From an uncultured Pelagibacteraceae bacterium (lineage in GTDB: Bacteria > Pseudomonadota > Alphaproteobacteria > Pelagibacterales > Pelagibacteraceae), in contig CABYCK010000001.1 in assembly GCA_902517535.1 (NCBI GenBank), positions 21,317 through 85,316 of the forward strand: a stretch of DNA of 64,000 nucleotides, in the 5' to 3' direction. The stretch's first letter is position 1; every line of letters starts with the position of its first letter. The position numbers and the translations under genes were made by a program. This document shows, piece after piece, positions 57,492 to 64,000 of the stretch. Under the pieces are notes generated by a model that worked only from the letters and a program-made list of their open reading frames with translations, was not told where the DNA came from and did not search any database.

Positions 57492-58817
57492 TTAAAATTT
57501 TTTTAAAATTTCCTTAAAAAAATACTTTAATGCTAAAGATCTAAATACCATAAATAATAATAATGAAAACCATAATCCGTGATTGCCAAAATACTTAGTT
57601 AAGTATATAGATGTAATAATAAAAGAAGCAACTGAAATAATTGTTCCATTTCTAATTTCTTTAGTTTGTGAAGTGCCAATGAAAATACCATCTAATTGAT
57701 AACAAAATGAAGCTATTGGTGGAATTAATATTATCCAAATTAAATGTTTGTAAGCAATAAATCTTAAGATTTCAATATCAGTAATTATATTTATAATTTG
57801 TTTTGAAAAAACTATGTATACTATTGAAATAATTAATGCTGTAAAAAAACTTATTTGTATAGAATTGTTTACTATTGATAAAAAAGATTTTTTATTTCTT
57901 CTTCCTAAAGAAAAACCTATTATTCCTTCTGTTGAAAAAGCATATGCGTCGAGAAAAAATGCAGATAATATTATAAATTGCATTAAAATAGTGTTTACAG
58001 CTAAATAATCTTCTCCCATTTTAGAACCAAGAAATGTAATCCATAAAAATGAAAAAGTAAGAAATAAAGTTCTTATGAAAATATCGAGATTTACATTAAA
58101 TAATTTAATTATTTTTTTTGGTTCGAAAATTTTTTCAAATTTTGGAATAATTTGAAATTTTTTGATTATATATCTGTAAGTATAAGTTAAAAATATTGTC
58201 ACTGTTATTAAACTTGCTATTAAAGTACCTAGCGCTACACCTGGAACTTCCAAACCAAGAGACAAAACAAAAAAAGAACTAAATAATACATTAAGGACGG
58301 ACAAGGTAATAACCAAGAGACTTGATATATTTGTTTTTTGAATACCTAGGTAAAATCCAATTAAAATATATATTATGAGTTCTGCAGGAACAGAAAATAT
58401 TCTAATTGAAATATAAGTATTAATTAAATTTTGTGTTTCTGTTGAGGTTGGAAAAAAGTTACTAATTAAGGATACTATTAATGGTTTTAAAATAATTATT
58501 ATTAAAGAAATAAATACCGCTAATAATAAGTTCCTCAAAATTGTTCTGACTATCTCTCTAAATTCTCCTCTGCCAAATGACTGAGCTACAAGGCCAACCG
58601 TTCCCATTCTTAAGAATCCGAAGCTCCAAATAATCATTGTCATTACAGATGTGGCAATACTAGTTGCAGCTAAAAATTTAGTTTGTCCTAAATTTCCCAT
58701 AAGACCTGTGTCTACTATGCCTACTAGAGGAGTAGCTAAATTTGAAAAAAAAATTGGGATAGATAACAGAAAGATTTTTTTTTTAGAAAAATGAGAAGAA
58801 TATGATCTTTGAAGCAT
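57492..58817 (-). CDS. MATE family efflux transporter (DinF-like)
   Basis: PLVGIVDT, GFLRMGT.G, F.D..A...E, DGIFIG motifs. Confidence 0.9.
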   Translation of the reverse strand: MLQRSYSSHFSKKKIFLLSIPIFFSNLATPLVGIVDTGLMGNLGQTKFLAATSIATSVMTMIIWSFGFLRMGTVGLVAQSFGRGEFREIVRTILRNLLLAVFISLIIIILKPLIVSLISNFFPTSTETQNLINTYISIRIFSVPAELIIYILIGFYLGIQKTNISSLLVITLSVLNVLFSSFFVLSLGLEVPGVALGTLIASLITVTIFLTYTYRYIIKKFQIIPKFEKIFEPKKIIKLFNVNLDIFIRTLFLTFSFLWITFLGSKMGEDYLAVNTILMQFIILSAFFLDAYAFSTEGIIGFSLGRRNKKSFLSIVNNSIQISFFTALIISIVYIVFSKQIINIITDIEILRFIAYKHLIWIILIPPIASFCYQLDGIFIGTSQTKEIRNGTIISVASFIITSIYLTKYFGNHGLWFSLLLFMVFRSLALKYFFKEILKKF

Positions 58818-58835
58818 TTAATTAAATATAAATAT

Positions 58836-59462
58836 TTAACCTATGCTAAATAAAAATTTATATTTTTCATTTATTGAAAGAACTTCTAACCCTACTAATC
58901 CACCAATAATTAGTTGAATGGCAATTATTAAAATTACAAATAGTCCGACATATCCCAACCACTGATGCCTTTTAATGTATTCAGCAAAATAACTTGCAAG
59001 TGTTGCAATTAGAAATACTGATAAAAGTAAGCCAGTAACCATAAGATAGTAGTTGCCTTTTGCTGCACCAACTACACCCAAAACGTTATCAAAACTTATT
59101 GTTAAATCTGCGACTAGAACTTTATAAACTCCTTGCCTAAAAGATTGAGTTTCACCTGATTTTAATTGTGGTGTTCTAACTTTGTTTTTTCCAAAAAAAT
59201 CTTGTCTTAAGTTGTTAATAATCCATAAAAGTAGAACTCCACCTAAAATTTTAAGCCAGTCAAACTGGAACATGTAGTCTGCACCAAAGGCAAAAATAAT
59301 CCTAAAGATAAATGCTGCGGCTACTCCCCAAGCTATAATTTTTTTTCTATTTTCTGTAGCAAAGTTTGATGCAATCAATCCAATAATGATTGCGTTGTCA
59401 GCAGCCATTACTATGTCTATAAGTATGATTTGTACTGAAATAAATATTTGCTCTAACATCAT
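58836..59462 (-). CDS. TerC/YjbE family membrane protein (second paralog)
   Basis: DIVMAADNA and ADLTISFDNV motifs. Confidence 0.85.
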   Translation of the reverse strand: MMLEQIFISVQIILIDIVMAADNAIIIGLIASNFATENRKKIIAWGVAAAFIFRIIFAFGADYMFQFDWLKILGGVLLLWIINNLRQDFFGKNKVRTPQLKSGETQSFRQGVYKVLVADLTISFDNVLGVVGAAKGNYYLMVTGLLLSVFLIATLASYFAEYIKRHQWLGYVGLFVILIIAIQLIIGGLVGLEVLSINEKYKFLFSIG

Positions 59463-59542
59463 ACAAGTGTGTTTATATAATCTAATTTGGTGATTTTAAA
59501 GAATAAAAGCTTGTATAACATAATAAATTTTTATTTTAAAAA

Positions 59543-59574
59543 AAAACCCACCTAAAACTAATTAGATGGGTTTT
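59543..59574 (-). terminator. Intrinsic terminator after the outer-membrane protein gene
   Basis: aaaacccacctaa-N6-ttagatgggtttt with a long U-tract on the minus strand. Confidence 0.75.
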
Positions 59575-59594
59575 AATTTCGCTTTAAATTTTAA

Positions 59595-60302
59595 TTAAAA
59601 TTTATAACCTATAGCAAACTTAATTGACTCAACATCTAAATCTGCCGTAACTTTGTTAGTTTCTGCAGTTACACTGTTTCCAGTTGATGTTAAGCTTAAA
59701 GAGTCAAAGTCCGTTTTCTCATAGAAAAACTTGTAAGCCAAATTATCTGTAAGATCGCCTTTGAAACCAACGCCATAGTTTGTACCCTGCACGCCTGCAT
59801 TTCCGTAACTACCACCATTTGAAGATTTAACTTCTAAAGTGTTCACATCAATGTCGGCCATACCAGCTCTTACGAAAATACTGTTGTAAACTGGAATTTC
59901 CACATAAAAGTTTGTGTAATTCTCAACTTCTGCTTGGGCTTTAAAATCCCTTGTTCCAGTGTTACTAGTTTCATCGCCAGTTACTGATCCTTCAATATCT
60001 TGCCTAGATTTTACGCTGCTACTTACGTCTGCAGAACCAGGAGTGTGTTCAAATCCTAGAGTTATTCCCCAGAAATCTGATTCATATTCAAGATAATAAG
60101 ATCCGAGAGGTACATTCTTATGTTCAACGCTTGCACTATTCGTATTTGCTGCACCAGAGTCTCCTGCGCCAGTAACTTCTGAACCGTCTGCAGACACTTT
60201 GGCTATTGCTCCCGTAACACCAATATTAAAACTTGCTGCATAAACTGAAGTAAATGCAAAAGTCATAAACATTGCTGTAAGAGCTACTATAATTTTTTTC
60301 AT
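59595..60302 (-). CDS. Outer-membrane beta-barrel protein
   Basis: Signal peptide from ATG 60302, amphipathic beta-strands, C-terminal BAM-type signal 'KFAIGYKF'. Confidence 0.8.
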   Translation of the reverse strand: MKKIIVALTAMFMTFAFTSVYAASFNIGVTGAIAKVSADGSEVTGAGDSGAANTNSASVEHKNVPLGSYYLEYESDFWGITLGFEHTPGSADVSSSVKSRQDIEGSVTGDETSNTGTRDFKAQAEVENYTNFYVEIPVYNSIFVRAGMADIDVNTLEVKSSNGGSYGNAGVQGTNYGVGFKGDLTDNLAYKFFYEKTDFDSLSLTSTGNSVTAETNKVTADLDVESIKFAIGYKF

Positions 60303-60486
60303 ATATATGTACTTTCTTCTTAACGTTAATATTAATATCGATCGAGCCATATATACGTATATTAACTGCGTGTTGTCTATCACTAAATAATATGCTTTAA
60401 ACTGTGGGGGTTCAAAAAGTCAATAAAATCAACGTTTTTTTGTTGCAAAAATACAACAATTACCAATTTTTTTTAAACAATAAAAG

Positions 60487-61998
60487 CTAATTAAATATCT
60501 GCCTTTTATTGGTTTTTTTTCTGTTCTGTAACGAGGGAATCACTTTAATGTTTAATCCCTTAAGATCTCTTGCCTTTAGTTTTCTTAAATTTTGAACTAA
60601 ATTTAAAAATCTATCAGACTCTGATTTTGAAATAATGCCGTTTGTTAAAATTTTGAATTTATTAATGTATTCTTTTCTTCCAAAAGGCCTTCTACCAGCT
60701 GGATGAGCGTCTGCAACTTTTATCTCCTCTGAAATAGTTAAACCATTTTTCATCTTAATAATTACTCTACCTCCAAAACACTTTTTTTTGGGATCTTTGT
60801 TATGATATCTTTTAGTCCACTTCTTATTCTCACGAGTTATAATTTTATGCCAAAGTTTAACTGTACTTTTTCTCCTAGCTCTTTGAGGAGTGTAAGATTT
60901 AATATGATGCCAAGCTCCATCTTCTAAGGCTACTGCAAATATATACATTATAGAATGATCTAGTGTTTCTCGGCTAGCGTTCGGGTCCATTTTCTGAGGA
61001 TCATTCGCTCCAGTACCAATTACGTAATGAGTATGGTGACTTGTTTCAATAATAATTTTTTGTATGTTAGATAAATTTTTAATTCTTTTATTTAAACTTC
61101 TTGCTAAATCAATAAGGGCTTGTGATTGGTATTCTGCTGAGTGTTCTTTGGTATAAGTTTCTAAAATCGCTTTTTTTGGCTCATTTACTCTTGGAAGAGG
61201 GACTGTGTATTTTTTTCCTGGACCAGATAAAACATAGGCGATTATACTATCTTCTCCTTCATAAATAGGGCTAGGGGCTCCCTCACCCCTCATACATCTG
61301 TCTACTGCTTCTACTGCCAGTTTTCCAGCATGGGCAGGAGCAAAAGCTTTCCAGCTAGAAATTTCACCCTTTCTGGATTGTCTTGTAGAAACTGTTATAT
61401 GTAGCGCTTGTTGAATGGATTGATATATAGTTTCAGTATTTAATTTTAATAAAGTTCCAAGTCCAGCGGCTATACTTGGGCCTAAATGAGCTATGTGATC
61501 TATCTTATGCTCATGCAAACAAATTCCTTTAACTAAATTTACTTGAACTTCATATCCTGTAAGAATTCCTTTTATTAAATCCATGCCATTACATCCAGTT
61601 TGTTGTGCTACTGCTAATATGGCAGGTATATTATCTCCTGGATGACTGTAATCAGCTGCTAAGAAAGTATCATGATAATCTAATTCCCTTACTGCCGTAC
61701 CGTTTGCCCAAGTCGCCCACTCACAATCTACTTTAATTTTTGGATTTAAACCGAAAATATTTGCTCCATTTTTTTTTGTATGTGCTAAAGCCATATCTCT
61801 AGCTGATATAACTGGCTTTCGATTATAAGAAGCGATAGCTACTGAAGCATTATCTATAATTCTATTAATGACCATCTCCAAGGCATCTTTATCAATCTTA
61901 GCTTTATCGGAAGCTATCTCTGCAATTTTCCAAGCTAATTGATCTTTCTTTTTTAAATTGGCTTTAGAAGGATGTACTTTAACAGTAATATTTCTCAT
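60487..61998 (-). CDS. prpD: MmgE/PrpD family 2-methylcitrate dehydratase
   Basis: [30 protein letters not shown] motifs; coupled to acnA. Confidence 0.85.
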   Translation of the reverse strand: MRNITVKVHPSKANLKKKDQLAWKIAEIASDKAKIDKDALEMVINRIIDNASVAIASYNRKPVISARDMALAHTKKNGANIFGLNPKIKVDCEWATWANGTAVRELDYHDTFLAADYSHPGDNIPAILAVAQQTGCNGMDLIKGILTGYEVQVNLVKGICLHEHKIDHIAHLGPSIAAGLGTLLKLNTETIYQSIQQALHITVSTRQSRKGEISSWKAFAPAHAGKLAVEAVDRCMRGEGAPSPIYEGEDSIIAYVLSGPGKKYTVPLPRVNEPKKAILETYTKEHSAEYQSQALIDLARSLNKRIKNLSNIQKIIIETSHHTHYVIGTGANDPQKMDPNASRETLDHSIMYIFAVALEDGAWHHIKSYTPQRARRKSTVKLWHKIITRENKKWTKRYHNKDPKKKCFGGRVIIKMKNGLTISEEIKVADAHPAGRRPFGRKEYINKFKILTNGIISKSESDRFLNLVQNLRKLKARDLKGLNIKVIPSLQNRKKTNKRQIFN

Positions 61999-64000
61999 CA
62001 ACTTAACATATTCCTTAAAACGTACTGGAGAATTCCACCATTTTTATAATATTCAACTTCGTTTTCTGTATCTATTCTGCACAACACTTTTATTTTCTTG
62101 CTAATTCCATCTTTATATTTGATCTCACAAGTCACTTCTTCTCTAGGCTTCACACCTTTTTCAATATCTACGACAGTAATTAACTCCGCTCCAGTGATGT
62201 TTAATTTTTTTCGATCAAATCCATCTTTAAATTGTAAAGGTAAAACTCCCATACCAACTAAATTTGATCTATGTATTCTCTCAAAACTTTCAGCTAAAAC
62301 AGCTTTAATTCCAAGTAACTTAGTTCCTTTAGCTGCCCAGTCCCTAGAAGAGCCTGTTCCGTATTCCATTCCAGCTATCACAACTAAGTCATTATTTCTC
62401 TTTTTGTATTCCATTGCTGCATCATAAACGCTCATTACTTTTCCGTCAGGTTGCAGAGTTGTAAAACCACCCTCTGTACCTGGTGCCATTTCATTTCTTA
62501 TTTTAATATTGCCAAATGTTCCTCTCATCATAACTTCATGATTTCCTCTTCTAGCGCCATAAGAATTAAAATCTTTTTGATGAATTTGATGAGACATAAA
62601 ATAATCACCAGTTGGGCTATCTTTTTTTATACTTCCTGCTGGTGAAATGTGGTCAGTTGTTACTGTGTCTGCTAATAACAATAAAATTCTAGCATCATTT
62701 ATAGCTTTAAATCCCTCAGGCTTGTCAGGTAGATTGTCAAAGAAAGGCGGTTTTTTTACATAAGTAGAATTTTCCTCCCAGTTATAAATATCACTATTCA
62801 CTGTGTTAATTGCCTGCCACTCTTTTGGTCCATCTGAAACATTTGAATATCTTTTTTTAAACATATCCGCACTTAAAGAACTCAACATTAAATCCTCTAT
62901 CTCTTTATTACTTGGCCAAATATCTTTAAGAAAAACATCTTTGCCATCTTTATCTTTACCAAGTGGTGATTTATATAAATCAAAATTCATATTCCCAGCT
63001 AATGCATAAGCAACAACTAAAGGAGGTGAAGCTAAGTAATTAGCTTTTACATCAGGATTTATTCTTCCTTCGAAGTTTCTATTTCCAGAAAGAACAGATA
63101 CCGCATATAAATCATTTTTATTAATAGCGTCTGAAATACTTTTATTTAATGGACCAGAATTTCCAATGCAAGTTGTACAGCCATAGCCTACTAAATTAAA
63201 GCCAAGCTCATCTAAATACTTGTTCAATCCAGCTTTCTCCAGATAGTCAGTCACAACTTTTGAACCAGGAGCAAGAGATGTTTTAACCCAAGGTTTAACT
63301 TTTAATCCTTTTTTGTAAGCTTTTTTTGCTAACAGTCCTGCTCCAATTAATACACTTGGATTAGATGTATTAGTGCAAGATGTTATTGCTGCAATAACGA
63401 TATCTCCATCTTTAATTTTAAAATCTTTTCCTTCAACTGTAGACACTATAGCTTGATCTCTTTTTGTTATTTCTTTGTAAACTTTTGCAAAAGCAGAAGA
63501 TGAATCGGTTAATAATACTTTGTCTTGCGGTCTTTTAGGTCCAGAAATGCTCGCAACTACGCTACTAACGTCTAACGAAAGATTTTCAGTAAAGGATACA
63601 TCGCTGCTTATCCAAAAACCTTGTTCCTTAGAATATTTTTCGACTAAACTTATTGTTTCATTATCTCTTCCAGATAATCTTAAATATTTTAATGTCTCAT
63701 CATCAACTGGAAAAAAACCACATGTAGCACCGTACTCTGGTGCCATATTAGCAATTGTTGCTCTATCTGCTAAAGTTAGATTTTTTAAACCTTCTCCGTA
63801 AAATTCTACAAATTTTCCAACTACTCCTTTTTTTCTTAACATTTCCACAATTGTTAAAACTAAATCTGTTGCAGTTGTTCCCTCTTTTAATTTTCCTTTA
63901 AGTTCAACACCTACAACTTCTGGAATTAACATTGAAATAGGTTGACCTAGCATTGCTGCTTCAGCTTCTATACCACCAACGCCCCAGCCTAAAACTGATA
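61998..64000 (-). CDS. acnA: Aconitate hydratase A (partial, N-terminus outside window)
   Basis: [50 protein letters not shown] motifs. Confidence 0.96.
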   Translation of the reverse strand, partial: SVLGWGVGGIEAEAAMLGQPISMLIPEVVGVELKGKLKEGTTATDLVLTIVEMLRKKGVVGKFVEFYGEGLKNLTLADRATIANMAPEYGATCGFFPVDDETLKYLRLSGRDNETISLVEKYSKEQGFWISSDVSFTENLSLDVSSVVASISGPKRPQDKVLLTDSSSAFAKVYKEITKRDQAIVSTVEGKDFKIKDGDIVIAAITSCTNTSNPSVLIGAGLLAKKAYKKGLKVKPWVKTSLAPGSKVVTDYLEKAGLNKYLDELGFNLVGYGCTTCIGNSGPLNKSISDAINKNDLYAVSVLSGNRNFEGRINPDVKANYLASPPLVVAYALAGNMNFDLYKSPLGKDKDGKDVFLKDIWPSNKEIEDLMLSSLSADMFKKRYSNVSDGPKEWQAINTVNSDIYNWEENSTYVKKPPFFDNLPDKPEGFKAINDARILLLLADTVTTDHISPAGSIKKDSPTGDYFMSHQIHQKDFNSYGARRGNHEVMMRGTFGNIKIRNEMAPGTEGGFTTLQPDGKVMSVYDAAMEYKKRNNDLVVIAGMEYGTGSSRDWAAKGTKLLGIKAVLAESFERIHRSNLVGMGVLPLQFKDGFDRKKLNITGAELITVVDIEKGVKPREEVTCEIKYKDGISKKIKVLCRIDTENEVEYYKNGGILQYVLRNMLS

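Noticed and set aside
1-64000. CRISPR arrays, prophage, IS elements, defence systems
   Set aside because: No repeat-spacer periodicity, integrase, transposase or nuclease-type defence genes recognised

Overview
AT-rich, very gene-dense chromosomal window with tiny intergenic spacers. Gene content and style point to a SAR11/Pelagibacterales-type marine alphaproteobacterium (inferred, not searched). I saw no tRNA/rRNA genes, CRISPR arrays or mobile elements. Bases ~1.7-22.5 kb hold an organosulfonate catabolism locus: TRAP transporter, hpsN/hpsP/hpsO, a GMC oxidoreductase, xsc, suyAB, a TauE-family exporter and aprMBA. No canonical ATP sulfurylase is present in the window, but a 126-aa HxGH nucleotidyltransferase sits where sat usually lies. 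An sxtJ/K/I/L-like carbamoylation module is embedded in this locus. The middle holds a CADD-type pABA synthase, metC, an unannotated 27-aa Lys/Arg-rich peptide, a ~200-nt structured ncRNA (IMES-4-like from recollection), mnmA, cysQ, recX, amtB, HU, rseP, a LysR regulator, acuI, folE and hisI. Bases ~40.6-52 kb look like a light/oxidative-stress region: two atypical photolyases, TspO and a furan-fatty-acid-type cluster. The window ends with gcvTHP under a tandem glycine riboswitch, transporters, an outer-membrane beta-barrel, prpD and a partial acnA. All family calls come from motif recognition by eye; no database search was run.
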